Shown here: positions 21,493 to 32,510 of the stretch, in pieces
How positions within the stretch are numbered: the stretch's first letter is position 1
Layout of the letters: every line of letters begins with the position of its first letter
Assembly: GCA_013203145.1 (NCBI GenBank)
Contig: JABMOV010000105.1
Location: 1-62,366 of the forward strand
Direction: 5' to 3'
DNA from: Fidelibacterota bacterium
GTDB taxonomy: Bacteria > Fidelibacterota > Marinisomatia > Marinisomatales > JABMOV01
DNA length: 62,366 nt
Translations under genes and position numbers: made by a program
Notes under the pieces: model-generated
Database searches by the model: none
What the model was told of the DNA's origin: nothing
What the model saw: the letters and a program-made list of their open reading frames with translations, nothing else

Positions 21493-21729
21493 ATGAGTAG
21501 AGTTTGCGACGTAACAGGTAAAAAACCAATGTTCGGGAATAGTGTGAGTCATGCTAACAACAAAACCCGTCGTAGGTTCGATGTTAACTTACAGAAGAAA
21601 AGATTTTGGTTGCCGGATGAAAAACGGTACATCACGCTTAATGTATCCACACGTGGATTACGAATTATCGATAAAAAGGGAATTCGTAAGGTTGTGAATG
21701 AACTGCGTGTAGGTGGTATGAAAATTTAA
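21493..21729 (+). CDS. rpmB: 50S ribosomal protein L28
   Basis: I moved the start to the internal ATG at 21493 (ORF track starts at 21421). From there the product reads '[29 protein letters not shown]', the canonical L28 N-terminus. Confidence 0.9.
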   Translation: MSRVCDVTGKKPMFGNSVSHANNKTRRRFDVNLQKKRFWLPDEKRYITLNVSTRGLRIIDKKGIRKVVNELRVGGMKI

Positions 21730-21753
21730 ATCACACTTGACACTGTATTAAAT

Positions 21754-21790
21754 AAAAGCCCCGGTATTTTAAATATCGGGGCTTTTTGTT
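21754..21790. terminator. bidirectional rho-independent terminator between rpmB and ftsZ
   Basis: AAAAGCCCCGGTAT-loop-ATATCGGGGCTTTTTGTT. An 11-bp stem with 1 mismatch, flanked by an A-run and a T-run. Confidence 0.7.
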
Positions 21791-21814
21791 TCTATCCTGC
21801 TATGGTAGAATTAA

Positions 21815-23014
21815 CTATTCGTGCTGACGACGAATGAAAGCCGGAATTTCCAACTCTTTGCCAAAAAGTGATGGTTTGCTATCATCAAAGAAATGACGTT
21901 GTTTAGATGGTTCCGGTATTACGGGTTCTTCTTTAGGAGTTGTTTTTTGATTGTGTAACGGAATATTTACTTTTTCAGCCAATATGTTTGTCTCAGGCTG
22001 CGTGTTTCTTTGCGGCACAGAGTGGACGGATTTTTTCTCTTTTTCAGCCGTATCCATGCGGTTGAAGCCTGTAGCGATTACAGTTACAGAAATTTGATCA
22101 CCCATATTTGGATCTATTACGGCTCCAAATATGATGTTTGCATCATTTCCTGCTTCTTCAAATATAATCTGCGTGGCATCTGTTACCTCATGAAGCGTAA
22201 GATTGGTCCCACCAGTTATATTCACCAATACGCCTTGTGCGCCATTGATACTTGCATTATCCAGTAATGGGCTTGAAATGGCTTGTTGCGCAGCCAAAAC
22301 AGCACGTTCTTCTCCTGCAGCAGTTCCAGTACCCATAATGGCTTCACCCATGTTTTTCATAACCGTTTCAACATCGGCGAAATCAAGGTTTATAATCCCA
22401 TTAACGTTGATAAGGTCGGAGATGCCTTTTGCTGCTTGATGCAGGATGGAGTCGGCTAATTGAAATGCTTCTGTCAATGTGGTGGATTTATCCACAATTG
22501 TCATCAATTTTTGGTTCGGGATGACTATCATAGTATCACATGCTTTCCGAAGTTCAGAGATTCCGGCCATTGCGCGGTTCATCCTTTTGGGACCTTCGAA
22601 CGTAAATGGCAATGTAACAATCCCAACCGTAAGGATACCCATTTCACGGCTGATTTGTGCCACAACTGGCGAAGCGCCTGTACCGGTTCCACCGCCCATC
22701 CCGGAAGTGATAAATACCATGTCGGCACCTTCCAGAAGAGTTTCTACAGCCTGACGGTCAGCTTCTATTGCCTCTTTACCAATGTCTGCTTTGGCTCCAG
22801 CTCCCAGACCCTTGGTTAAATTTTTTCCAATTTGTACTTTGTGTTTAGCGGGATTTAGATCAAGATCCTGGGCATCGGTATTAATAACAATAAAATCAAC
22901 ACCACCCATACTGGAAGTGATCATTCGATTTACGGCATTTCCACCGCCACCACCGACACCAATGACTTTTATTTTTGCTTTTTGTTCAGCAAGATTATCG
23001 AATTCAAATAGCAT
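21815..23014 (-). CDS. ftsZ: cell division protein FtsZ
   Basis: '[13 protein letters not shown]' and the tubulin signature '[10 protein letters not shown]'. Confidence 0.97.
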   Translation of the reverse strand: MLFEFDNLAEQKAKIKVIGVGGGGGNAVNRMITSSMGGVDFIVINTDAQDLDLNPAKHKVQIGKNLTKGLGAGAKADIGKEAIEADRQAVETLLEGADMVFITSGMGGGTGTGASPVVAQISREMGILTVGIVTLPFTFEGPKRMNRAMAGISELRKACDTMIVIPNQKLMTIVDKSTTLTEAFQLADSILHQAAKGISDLINVNGIINLDFADVETVMKNMGEAIMGTGTAAGEERAVLAAQQAISSPLLDNASINGAQGVLVNITGGTNLTLHEVTDATQIIFEEAGNDANIIFGAVIDPNMGDQISVTVIATGFNRMDTAEKEKKSVHSVPQRNTQPETNILAEKVNIPLHNQKTTPKEEPVIPEPSKQRHFFDDSKPSLFGKELEIPAFIRRQHE

Positions 23015-23037
23015 AACTATGCTCCTTCATTTGCAGG

Positions 23038-24309
23038 TTAGAAAAACTCTTTAAACCATTTTCCAAGTTTTTTAAATAGATATCCCGGGTGTAAGACCCC
23101 TTCTTGAATGTGACTTGATTCGGGATTAAACTGATACCATTGGGTTAAACCAAGGGCACAAGCATATTGTGGTTTTGCTGCCACATCAGAAATACCGCGG
23201 AGTCCCCTTGGTGAGCCAATTCGCACTCGTGTTTTTAACACTTCTTCAGCCAGTCCGGCTAAATTTTTGAGTTCAGAACCGCCGCCAGTTAAAACCAATC
23301 CGTAAGTGAGTTTTTCATGGATGTCGGCTTTAGCAACTTCACGTGCGGCTAATTGTAAAATTTCTACCATCCGCGCTTCAACATAGCGGGAAAGTTCATG
23401 CTCTGAAACATTACGCTTCATATTCTTTTCATTGTCTGGGATTTCAAAATCCAGCTCAGGTGATGCCATGGATGCTTTGGCAGATGCATATTTTAATTTG
23501 ATTTCTTCAGCAATCTTTTTGGGGACTTGCAACATAACAGCAATATCATTTGTAACACTGTTGGCACCAATGGGAATAACTCCCGTATGACGCACGCCAC
23601 TGTCAAAGAAAACGGTAACCTCTGTTGTTTCAGCACCGATATCCACACAGGCTACCCCTAATTCCATTTCATCCTGATCAAGGACGGCAATCGCAGAAGC
23701 CAATCCCTGAAAGACCAAGCCATGAACTGTAATTCCCAATTCTTCAACACAATTTACTAGGTTGGTCATGGCGGATATGGCAGTCGTGACTAAGTGAACA
23801 CGCGCCTCCAAGCGACGACCAGTCATTCCAACGGGATCCTTAATTCCAGTCATCGTATCAATAATAAATTCTTGTGGGAGGACGTGGAGAATATTGCGAT
23901 CAGGGGGGAAGGTGATATTTTTCGTCATCTCGAATGCTTTTTGGACATCTTCCTTCCGTATTTCTTGTTCTTGCGGAATGCCCGACCCAGGAGCCTTATG
24001 GATAGGAGTCGCACCGTTTGTATTTATCCCACGGATATGATCGCCCGTCAGCGAGCACCACGCATTTTGGATTTTCACATTTGCCATGGTTTCCGCATTG
24101 GTGATTGCAGATTCCAATTCTGAACTAACCTTGTCCCTGTGAATGATACATCCTTTACGAATGCCGGTGGATGGAGATGTGCCAATCCCTAATAATCGAG
24201 CATCATTATTGGCGTCACCTAAATCAACAATACTGCAGGTTATTGTAGCAGACCCAATATCAATGCCGGTGATAATATTTTTATCTGTCGTCATACTCAA
24301 ATTCTTCAT
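23038..24309 (-). CDS. ftsA: cell division protein FtsA
   Basis: Actin-like ATPase motifs 'GIDIGSA', 'VDIGAETT' and 'LTGGGSEL'. Confidence 0.93.
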   Translation of the reverse strand: MKNLSMTTDKNIITGIDIGSATITCSIVDLGDANNDARLLGIGTSPSTGIRKGCIIHRDKVSSELESAITNAETMANVKIQNAWCSLTGDHIRGINTNGATPIHKAPGSGIPQEQEIRKEDVQKAFEMTKNITFPPDRNILHVLPQEFIIDTMTGIKDPVGMTGRRLEARVHLVTTAISAMTNLVNCVEELGITVHGLVFQGLASAIAVLDQDEMELGVACVDIGAETTEVTVFFDSGVRHTGVIPIGANSVTNDIAVMLQVPKKIAEEIKLKYASAKASMASPELDFEIPDNEKNMKRNVSEHELSRYVEARMVEILQLAAREVAKADIHEKLTYGLVLTGGGSELKNLAGLAEEVLKTRVRIGSPRGLRGISDVAAKPQYACALGLTQWYQFNPESSHIQEGVLHPGYLFKKLGKWFKEFF

Positions 24310-25082
24310 AATCGTCGTTCTCGTGCAATCACCTGGTTATTGTATCTCAGATCTAAGTAAGCATAATCCGTAAGTAATCGTTTAGACAGAAGCGTAGATT
24401 CAAATTCTTTTAGTACATTTAGTTTTGAGTACAAATCTAATTTCCCAAGAATTATGCGAGTGGGATAATTTTCAAGCACTAATTCATAATCATCTGATGG
24501 ATTCAGTCGTATTTCTGATAAACTTTCATATAGTGTCGGATAGGATTCGATCATCCAACTCAAAATATCGCCAGCTTTGCGCACTGGCTGCGAAATAACT
24601 ATTTCGCCTTCGGGGTAAAGCTCAGGTGCCGGATTAAAATTTGACATAATGGGCAAGTCTAAATCGTCTAAACGTTCATTATTAGGCAATATATACCCTT
24701 CACGTCCAACATAGATATTGGATGAATTATTAACCCAGGCAATAGGTTGTCTTTCTGATAATTCAATAATAACTCTCTTTGGAAAACGACGAGAAACACG
24801 TGCTGCCTTCACATAAGGATGGTTTTCCAACTGCGTATGAATTAATCCCATATCAAGCGACAAAATTGACGATGAATCAATGGTTGGAATTGCATTTAAA
24901 TACTCAGACGTTTGTATGATAGTATTACCTTTTATTGTAATAGCGGCAATCCGCGTAGATTCTGTGAAATCTGCCCATTGATAACTATATCCCGTTATGA
25001 GAAAAAAGACGATTGTGATTGGAATACCGACCAACCATATTGACCAAGGTTTTGGTTGCTGTGATTTTCTACGCCTGGCCAT
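24306..25082 (-). CDS. ftsQ: cell division protein FtsQ (POTRA domain)
   Basis: 258 aa with a single N-terminal TM segment. Called mainly from its position between murC and ftsA. Confidence 0.8.
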   Translation of the reverse strand: MARRRKSQQPKPWSIWLVGIPITIVFFLITGYSYQWADFTESTRIAAITIKGNTIIQTSEYLNAIPTIDSSSILSLDMGLIHTQLENHPYVKAARVSRRFPKRVIIELSERQPIAWVNNSSNIYVGREGYILPNNERLDDLDLPIMSNFNPAPELYPEGEIVISQPVRKAGDILSWMIESYPTLYESLSEIRLNPSDDYELVLENYPTRIILGKLDLYSKLNVLKEFESTLLSKRLLTDYAYLDLRYNNQVIARERRL

Positions 25083-26460
25083 GAATATCCTTCAAATGAT
25101 TTGCATAGGATTCACTAAAACGCCAAATGCTACCGGCACCAAGAGAAATAATGATGTCTCCAGGTCGCGATAATTCATCGACCAGTGGAGTTAATGAGTC
25201 AATTTCTTCAACATAGTGAACATGTTTATGTCCTGATTCCTGAGCCGCTTTCGCAACAATTTCTCCTGTAATTCCAGGGATGGGATCTTCGCGTGCAGGG
25301 TAAACATCCAGCACAATAAATATATCACAGTCCATAAAGGCCGAAGCAAAATCCATATAAAAGTCTCTTGTCCGGGAATATAAATGGGGCTGAAAAATGG
25401 CGATGATACGACGATCCCATCCATTGCGCGCTGCTTTGAGTGTCGCCTTAACTTCCGTTGGATGGTGAGCATAATCATCCACGACCATTATATCATTAGT
25501 CTGACCTTTAATTTCGAATCGGCGACGTACACCGCCATAGGAGGCGAGACCTTTTTTAATTATCTCAAAGGATAATCCCATTTCCATGGATAACGCCACA
25601 ACTGAGAGCGCATTCAATACGCTATGTGTCCCGGGAACTTGTAGTACGATTTCCCCAAGTTTTTCATTTCCAGACATCACTGTAAATGTGGATTGAATCC
25701 TATCGAAATTCAAATCTTTCGCACGATAGTCTGCCTGGTGGGAAAGTCCATACGTTTTGACAGGTCGTTTTATAGATGATAAAATAGTTTGTACACCAGG
25801 AGAGTCAATACAAGCGATTACTCTGCCATAAAAAGGTGATGAATTGGCGTATTGTGTAAATGAATTCTGGATATCTTCCAGATCGTCGTAAATGTCTGTA
25901 TGTTCTAATTCAATGTTGGTAATGATACTCATTGTGGGGCTTAAGGCCAGAAAGCTGCGATCATATTCATCAGCTTCCACCACAATGATGTCACCAGAGC
26001 CAAGAACGCTATTCGTATTTAATGTTGTAACTAGGCCGCCAACCACAAGTGTTGGGTCCAGTCCTGCATTAGCGAGAACAGCGCCAACCATTGAAGATGT
26101 TGATGTTTTACCATGCGTTCCTGCAACACCTATACTTGTTTCTTTAACCGCCATAAGCTGACCTAGCATTTCAGCGCGACGGATAACTGGAATTCCACGA
26201 CGGTTAGCTTCAACCAGTTCTGGATTATTCTGTTTTACTGCGCTGGAATAAACTAAAACTTCGCAATCTGCCACATGGGAAGCTTCATGACCTTTAACTA
26301 CATTGGCGCCTAATCTTTGCAAATTTTCAACAATGGGCGAGAAGTTTAAATCTGATCCTGAAACCTTGAAACCCAGGTTAATCAATAATTCAGCAATTCC
26401 AGACATTCCGATTCCGCCAATTCCCACAAAATGTATATTTTTTACTGAGCGGTATTTCAT
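25069..26460 (-). CDS. murC: UDP-N-acetylmuramate--L-alanine ligase
   Basis: 'HFVGIGGIGMSG' and the P-loop 'GTHGKTST'. Confidence 0.93.
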   Translation of the reverse strand: MKYRSVKNIHFVGIGGIGMSGIAELLINLGFKVSGSDLNFSPIVENLQRLGANVVKGHEASHVADCEVLVYSSAVKQNNPELVEANRRGIPVIRRAEMLGQLMAVKETSIGVAGTHGKTSTSSMVGAVLANAGLDPTLVVGGLVTTLNTNSVLGSGDIIVVEADEYDRSFLALSPTMSIITNIELEHTDIYDDLEDIQNSFTQYANSSPFYGRVIACIDSPGVQTILSSIKRPVKTYGLSHQADYRAKDLNFDRIQSTFTVMSGNEKLGEIVLQVPGTHSVLNALSVVALSMEMGLSFEIIKKGLASYGGVRRRFEIKGQTNDIMVVDDYAHHPTEVKATLKAARNGWDRRIIAIFQPHLYSRTRDFYMDFASAFMDCDIFIVLDVYPAREDPIPGITGEIVAKAAQESGHKHVHYVEEIDSLTPLVDELSRPGDIIISLGAGSIWRFSESYANHLKDIHGQA

Positions 26461-27545
26461 ACTCGCGCAATCTCCTCAATAATGTCAACAATATGGGATG
26501 TTGCTTCAGGTTTACTCATGCTTTTTGCAGCTTTACTCATTTCAGATATTCGATCTTTGTCACTAATAATTTGTTTTATCAATGAAAACAGTTTTTCAGG
26601 TGTCAGATGGGGTTCTTCAATCATTATAGATGCACCAACCGTTGCCATTGCTTCAGCATTTTTTCTTTGATGATCTCCGGCGGCAGAGTGAAGGGGAACC
26701 AAAACACTGGGTTTCCCCCAAACGGCCAATTCGGCCAGCGCGATGGCGCCAGCACGACTAATTATGGTATCGGATATACTGTATGCTAATGCCATATCTT
26801 CAATAAAGGGTAGGACGCGAATGCTTTCGTTATCCTTGGATTGATACCGTGAAAAATGATGTTTTCCAGTTTGCCATAATACTTGAATACCAGCATTCAC
26901 AAACAAGGAAGAAGCAATGTTCATTATATGATTTAGTATGGCAGAGCCCTGACTTCCACCCGTAAGGAAAACGGTGGGCATATTTGGATTTAAATTGAAG
27001 GTTTCAGCTGCCAAGATTCTATTTCCCTCTGGCTGGGAATACCGTACCGGATTTCCAGTAAAAACAGTATTGGTATTCAGAAGATTGGTTGTTGTTTCAA
27101 ATCCAAGACAAACTTTTTCAGCCCGTTCTGCGAACATTCTGGTTGTTAATCCAGGAAAGGAGTTTTGTTCTTGCAATACGACTGGAATGCCTTTTTGAAT
27201 TGCGATTTTGACAGGCAACGCGCTGGCATAACCGCCAGTCCCTATTACAACCAATGGACTAATTCTATTAAACAGCCTCTTCGCTCTATAATATGAAACG
27301 AACAAACGCCAAGGTAAAAGCAAATTTCTTCCGACGGATCTAAAAGAAAGACCACGTTGCAATCCACGAATAGGTAATAATGTGTAGGTAACATTTTGAT
27401 TTGGTAATAACGAAGCTTCAATCCCAAATGTGGATCCTACATAATGTACAATACAATCATTGTGACGTTTTTTCCACTCATTCCCAATTGCCAAAGCCGG
27501 GAATAAATGTCCGCCTGTTCCTCCACCTGCAATTAAGATATTCAT
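26457..27545 (-). CDS. murG: undecaprenyldiphospho-muramoylpentapeptide beta-N-acetylglucosaminyltransferase
   Basis: 'GGTGGHLFPALA' N-terminus. 362 aa. Confidence 0.93.
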   Translation of the reverse strand: MNILIAGGGTGGHLFPALAIGNEWKKRHNDCIVHYVGSTFGIEASLLPNQNVTYTLLPIRGLQRGLSFRSVGRNLLLPWRLFVSYYRAKRLFNRISPLVVIGTGGYASALPVKIAIQKGIPVVLQEQNSFPGLTTRMFAERAEKVCLGFETTTNLLNTNTVFTGNPVRYSQPEGNRILAAETFNLNPNMPTVFLTGGSQGSAILNHIMNIASSLFVNAGIQVLWQTGKHHFSRYQSKDNESIRVLPFIEDMALAYSISDTIISRAGAIALAELAVWGKPSVLVPLHSAAGDHQRKNAEAMATVGASIMIEEPHLTPEKLFSLIKQIISDKDRISEMSKAAKSMSKPEATSHIVDIIEEIARV

Positions 27546-28690
27546 TTATTATACCTCTGCATAGTTGAAGGACGTGACACCACACGTCGGGATTGACTGA
27601 TATTGAGTAAAATACCAATTGCAGCAAAATTGATAATCATTCCAGACCCACCATAACTAATCAGAGGCATAGGAAGTCCTGTTACGGGGAATATATTTGT
27701 TGTTACGGCAGCATTGATAAAGGCATACAATACAATATTGAATGAAATGCCAATCGCCAAAAAAATACCAAAAGGGTCAGTGCAGTCTTTAGCTATTTTG
27801 ATTCCACGTTGGAAGATGAACAGAAAAATCGTCAAAATAAATATGGTACCAATTAATCCAATTTCCTCACCAATGATGGAAAAAATAAAATCAGTATGAG
27901 GAGTAGGGAGGAAAAAGTTTTTTTCCATACTATTGCCTAATCCCAATCCAAAAAATCCGCCGTTACCAAGACTAATCAGAGACTGCGTAACCTGGTAGCC
28001 GATAGATCCATCATCAGTGCCGTACAACCACGCCAATACACGAGCACGACGGTATGGCATTGCCATCATTACCGGTAAGGCTACAGCGATAGCAACCGCT
28101 CCGGTGGCCATCATATGTGGTAATCTGGCACCGCCCATGAACAGCATCACCGCTGTTATGATACCAAACATCATTGCTGTGCTGAAATCAGGTTGAATTA
28201 CTATGAGAGCAAATAGAATGCCGATAACGACAATAGGAGGTACGAATCCACTGTAAAAATCTTTGATTTGATCTCGTTTATAATCGAGGTATGCCGCAAG
28301 GTAAATAATTAGTGACAATCGTGCAATATCCGCAGTCTGAATGGATATGGGGCCAAGATACAACCATCGTGCTGGTGCGTGAATTCCTTTAATAAGAAAA
28401 ATAGCTTTTGTAATAACCAGAAGGGCAATTGAACCATACATTAACCATGGAGCAATATTTTTGAGATTACGATAATCAATAAGAATACTGGTAAATAAAA
28501 CAATAATGCCAATTAACATTCGTTTTAAATGTGCCTGCAAGTAGACTGTGTCGGTTCTACCACTCGTTTCTGACATGGATAAGGACGAACTTGCACTGTA
28601 GAGCATGACTGTACCAATTATTGCCAGAATCACGACTGCTGCCATTAATGGCCGGTCAAAATTCTTCATACTTAGTGTGATTGTTTTCAT
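27542..28690 (-). CDS. ftsW: SEDS-family lipid II flippase/peptidoglycan polymerase FtsW
   Basis: 382 aa polytopic membrane protein. Motifs 'QPDFSTA' and 'TGLPMPLISYGGS'. Confidence 0.9.
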   Translation of the reverse strand: MKTITLSMKNFDRPLMAAVVILAIIGTVMLYSASSSLSMSETSGRTDTVYLQAHLKRMLIGIIVLFTSILIDYRNLKNIAPWLMYGSIALLVITKAIFLIKGIHAPARWLYLGPISIQTADIARLSLIIYLAAYLDYKRDQIKDFYSGFVPPIVVIGILFALIVIQPDFSTAMMFGIITAVMLFMGGARLPHMMATGAVAIAVALPVMMAMPYRRARVLAWLYGTDDGSIGYQVTQSLISLGNGGFFGLGLGNSMEKNFFLPTPHTDFIFSIIGEEIGLIGTIFILTIFLFIFQRGIKIAKDCTDPFGIFLAIGISFNIVLYAFINAAVTTNIFPVTGLPMPLISYGGSGMIINFAAIGILLNISQSRRVVSRPSTMQRYNK

Positions 28691-30066
28691 GCAATCTGCT
28701 CTAATTCATTTGCCCATTTTTTAAACATATCACCACGTTCTTCATAACTGGTAAATTGATCAAAGCTGGCGCAGCCCGGGGACAATAAAACAATATCCCC
28801 GGAGCTGGCAAGCTGATGGCTCAAGCGGACCGCATCCTTAAGACCCTCCACTAAGGACAGTCTAACCGCATCCTCTAATGCAGTCGCTATGATATCTCGA
28901 GCCTGGCCGTAAGCGAGGACGGCCTTTACGTTGTGGGTATGTGGTAGGAGTTGTGTGAAATCGCCCCCTTTATCTTTCCCTCCAAGGATTAGGATAATCG
29001 GTTGCGTATAGCTTTGTAGCGCCACTTTAACTGCATCTACATTTGTGGCCTTGGAATCATTAATGAAGTCGATTCCGGATATTGTAGCTACATTTTCTAA
29101 CCGATGTTGGATGGCCTGGAAAGATCGAAAAACATGCTGAATTTGGTCATCAGGAATGCCAATAGTTTTTGCCGCCATTGCGGCTGCTGTCAGATTGGCA
29201 ACATTATGAGGACCTGGTAATGCGATTTCATCAATTTTTATATAAATATTTTTGGACTTATCATAAATATTGGCTGCATTGATTCTAAATGAATATTCAG
29301 AATTTTCATTAAATCCGAATATTTTGATTTGAGAAGAGACATTATTTAGTCGTTCTGTTAAAATAGGATCGTCGCCATTATAAATAATCGTATCAGATTT
29401 GCCCTGATTTTGGCACATATTCATTTTTGAAGAAGTGTAATCTGCCATGGAACCATGACGATCTAGATGGTCAGGTGTAATATTTAGGAAAACAGAAATA
29501 TTCGGATGAAAGTGTTGAATGAATTCCATTTGAAAACTTGAAATTTCAAGTATATAAACTTGGTTCGGATCAGGATTTTCAATCTCGTCTAAGACATTCT
29601 TTGAGAAGGCAGAGCCTACATTGCCCGCCAATACACCATGCGTAGAATCTGTTTGGCACATGGCAGTCAAAATGTTCACAGTTGTTGTTTTTCCATTAGA
29701 ACCTGTCACTGCAATAATGGGAGATTCTGTGAACCAACTAGCGAATTCAATTTCGCCTACAATTGTGATCTTTTTAACTAATGCGTGTGTAACAATTGGT
29801 TCGTTTTTAGGTACACCGGGAGATAAAATCCACAAATCTGCGTCATAAATATTATCCGTATAACTGCCTAATTCTACTGAAATTCCTATTTCACTTAATT
29901 CTTCACCACGTGATTTGACTATATCGGATTGGGAAGGATCACTAATCAAAACGTGCGCACCACAATGAATTGCAAGTTTGGCGGCGGCGTACCCACTGAG
30001 ACCAAGACCGATCACTACGATCTTTTTATCCTTTAAATCAATAGTATTTCTATTTGAAATGTCCAT
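28687..30066 (-). CDS. murD: UDP-N-acetylmuramoylalanine--D-glutamate ligase
   Basis: 'VIGLGLSG' and 'GSNGKTTT'. Confidence 0.92.
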   Translation of the reverse strand: MDISNRNTIDLKDKKIVVIGLGLSGYAAAKLAIHCGAHVLISDPSQSDIVKSRGEELSEIGISVELGSYTDNIYDADLWILSPGVPKNEPIVTHALVKKITIVGEIEFASWFTESPIIAVTGSNGKTTTVNILTAMCQTDSTHGVLAGNVGSAFSKNVLDEIENPDPNQVYILEISSFQMEFIQHFHPNISVFLNITPDHLDRHGSMADYTSSKMNMCQNQGKSDTIIYNGDDPILTERLNNVSSQIKIFGFNENSEYSFRINAANIYDKSKNIYIKIDEIALPGPHNVANLTAAAMAAKTIGIPDDQIQHVFRSFQAIQHRLENVATISGIDFINDSKATNVDAVKVALQSYTQPIILILGGKDKGGDFTQLLPHTHNVKAVLAYGQARDIIATALEDAVRLSLVEGLKDAVRLSHQLASSGDIVLLSPGCASFDQFTSYEERGDMFKKWANELEQIA

Positions 30067-31170
30067 TTATCGAATTTTAAATGTGGTTAATGAGAATAAT
30101 GCTAATAGTAAACCAATAATCCAAAAACGGATTACAACGCGAGTTTCCGGCCATCCTGATAATTCAAAATGATGATGTATGGGGGCCATACGAAATAATC
30201 GTTTACCTTCACCGGTCTTTCGCTTTGAATATTGGAAATATGTAAGTTGTAACACAACGGAGGTGGCTTCCCAAACGAAAACACCGCCAATGATAAACAA
30301 CAATAATTCTTTTTTAAGTAAAACAGAAAGAGTACCCAATGCCGCACCCATGGAAAGGGAACCTACATCGCCCATAAATACTTGGGCGGGAGTGGAATTA
30401 AACCAGAGGAAGCCTATGCAGGCTCCTGTCAATGCTGCAGTAAAAATTGTGAGTTCTCCTGCACCAGGGAGATAGATAATATTTAAATAATCAGAAAAGT
30501 CCACTCGACCGCTGATATACGCAATCGCTGAAAAGACAGTAAATGCAATAGCCAATAAACCTGCTGCTAACCCGTCTAATCCATCGGAAAGGTTAACGGC
30601 ATTAGAATAGCCAGTAATAACCAGAACAATGATTAATGGATAAAGCAGACCAAAATCTAACTCGAGATTCTTGAAGAAGGGAACGGAGGTACTGCTTTTA
30701 AATGCAGCAAATTCTGGTGTATGAAAAATGATATAACTTATGATGAATCCAAGGATAATTTGTCCAGCCAGTTTATATCGTGCTACTAAACCATCTTTCA
30801 TCTTTCGGATGGTTTTTAAGTAATCATCAAGGAATCCAATCAATCCCATCCATACAGTCGCCAAAATGATGATTTGCACATAGATATTATCCAGTTTTGC
30901 AAACAGTAATGTGGGAATAAATACTGCCAACAGGATGATGATTCCGCCCATTGTTGGAGTTCCACGCTTTTTTTGGTGGGATTCAGGTCCGCGATTTCCA
31001 ATTTCTTCACCGATCTGGTGTTTTTCGAGTTTTCGAATAATCCACGGACCAATAATAAAACTGATAAGAAGAGCAGTAATGGCAGCAAAAGCTGCGCGTG
31101 CTGTAATGTATTGAAATACATTCAGGAATGATAAGTGCTTGGTTAATGGAAATAGGAGTTCATATAACAT
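30067..31170 (-). CDS. mraY: phospho-N-acetylmuramoyl-pentapeptide transferase
   Basis: 'KKRGTPTMGG', 'NAVNLSDGLDGLA' and 'MAPIHHHFE'. Confidence 0.95.
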   Translation of the reverse strand: MLYELLFPLTKHLSFLNVFQYITARAAFAAITALLISFIIGPWIIRKLEKHQIGEEIGNRGPESHQKKRGTPTMGGIIILLAVFIPTLLFAKLDNIYVQIIILATVWMGLIGFLDDYLKTIRKMKDGLVARYKLAGQIILGFIISYIIFHTPEFAAFKSSTSVPFFKNLELDFGLLYPLIIVLVITGYSNAVNLSDGLDGLAAGLLAIAFTVFSAIAYISGRVDFSDYLNIIYLPGAGELTIFTAALTGACIGFLWFNSTPAQVFMGDVGSLSMGAALGTLSVLLKKELLLFIIGGVFVWEATSVVLQLTYFQYSKRKTGEGKRLFRMAPIHHHFELSGWPETRVVIRFWIIGLLLALFSLTTFKIR

Positions 31171-32510
31171 TATTTTGACTCCAATTCAGCAATAAGGGTT
31201 TCCATTGCCATTCCGCGAGAACCTTTGAATAGAACAATATCGCCAGGTTTGACGATGTCGCTCATTGTTGGAATAAGTCCTTCTTTAGTATCGGAATGAA
31301 ATTTGATAATTCTGTTGTTTACAGCCTCATGGGTATAAGTGGTCCATTTACCAGCGGTCAATACGACATCTAGTTGTTTTTGCGTACAATAGTTGCCGAT
31401 TTGTGAATGGAGGTCAGAAGAATCGTCACCAAGTTCCAACATATCACCAAAAATGAAGATTTGTTTGCCATTGTCAAATGAAGATAGAAAATCGATGGAT
31501 TCTTTTGTCGATGTCACGTTTGCGTTGTACGTATCATCAATAATTGTGATATCACCAATTTGCTTAACAACACACCGCCCATTTGTGGGTGTATAGGAAG
31601 CAATTTGAGATTGAATAACCTCCCAATCAACGCCGAGCGTAACTGCAATCGAAGCAACTGCCAGAATGTTTTTTGCCAATGTTTTATTTCGAGAATACGT
31701 GAGAACATCGACAGTATTAATGTTCACTGTAACGGATTGATCGTCTTCCACAATGAGATCGGCGGCAAAATCACAAATAGGTGTAAATCCAAAATGGATT
31801 TCCTCACCAACGATGGGCAAATCAACAATTCTTGAATCAGAATCATTAACAAAGGAAATACCATCTGACAATGAGAGGAATAATTCACCTTTTTCCTGGG
31901 CAATAGCATCGATAGATCCAAAACCTTCAAGGTGGGCAGGAGCAATATTGGTGATTAATCCGTGGGTAGGTTGGGCAATGTCACACAAGTATGAAATATC
32001 CCCGCTTTGATTTGCGCCCATTTCAAGAATTGATGCAGTATGCGTATCTGTCAGTGTTAATAAGCAAAGCGGTAATCCAATCGACGTATTGAAATTTCCC
32101 TCGGTTGCATGGACATTATATGACGACGACAAAACATGTCGTAATAGCTCTTTGGTGGTCGTTTTACCGTTTGTACCCGTAATACCAATTACCGGAATCG
32201 AAAATCGTTGGCGCCATTTTTGAGCAATTTCCCCAATAGTGATTATTGCATTACCAACAATGATGGATTGAGCAGATTCAAATTCTTGACTACGATTCTC
32301 AACCATTAAAGTTGTGGCACCAGCTTCTACGGCCTGACTGACAAAAGTATGTCCATCGACCTGTTCACCTTTTAGTGCAATGAACATGTCTCCAGGAAGA
32401 ACATGGCGATTATCCGTGGCAATTCCCGTCACCTTATTATCAAGATGCTGTCCTGTAACCGCTTGGAATACTTCAGCAAATAATTCAGGTTGTGGCAAGC
32501 TAATTCTCAC
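31170..32510 (-). CDS. murF: UDP-N-acetylmuramoyl-tripeptide--D-alanyl-D-alanine ligase
   Basis: '[13 protein letters not shown]'. 446 aa. Confidence 0.92.
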   Translation of the reverse strand: MRISLPQPELFAEVFQAVTGQHLDNKVTGIATDNRHVLPGDMFIALKGEQVDGHTFVSQAVEAGATTLMVENRSQEFESAQSIIVGNAIITIGEIAQKWRQRFSIPVIGITGTNGKTTTKELLRHVLSSSYNVHATEGNFNTSIGLPLCLLTLTDTHTASILEMGANQSGDISYLCDIAQPTHGLITNIAPAHLEGFGSIDAIAQEKGELFLSLSDGISFVNDSDSRIVDLPIVGEEIHFGFTPICDFAADLIVEDDQSVTVNINTVDVLTYSRNKTLAKNILAVASIAVTLGVDWEVIQSQIASYTPTNGRCVVKQIGDITIIDDTYNANVTSTKESIDFLSSFDNGKQIFIFGDMLELGDDSSDLHSQIGNYCTQKQLDVVLTAGKWTTYTHEAVNNRIIKFHSDTKEGLIPTMSDIVKPGDIVLFKGSRGMAMETLIAELESK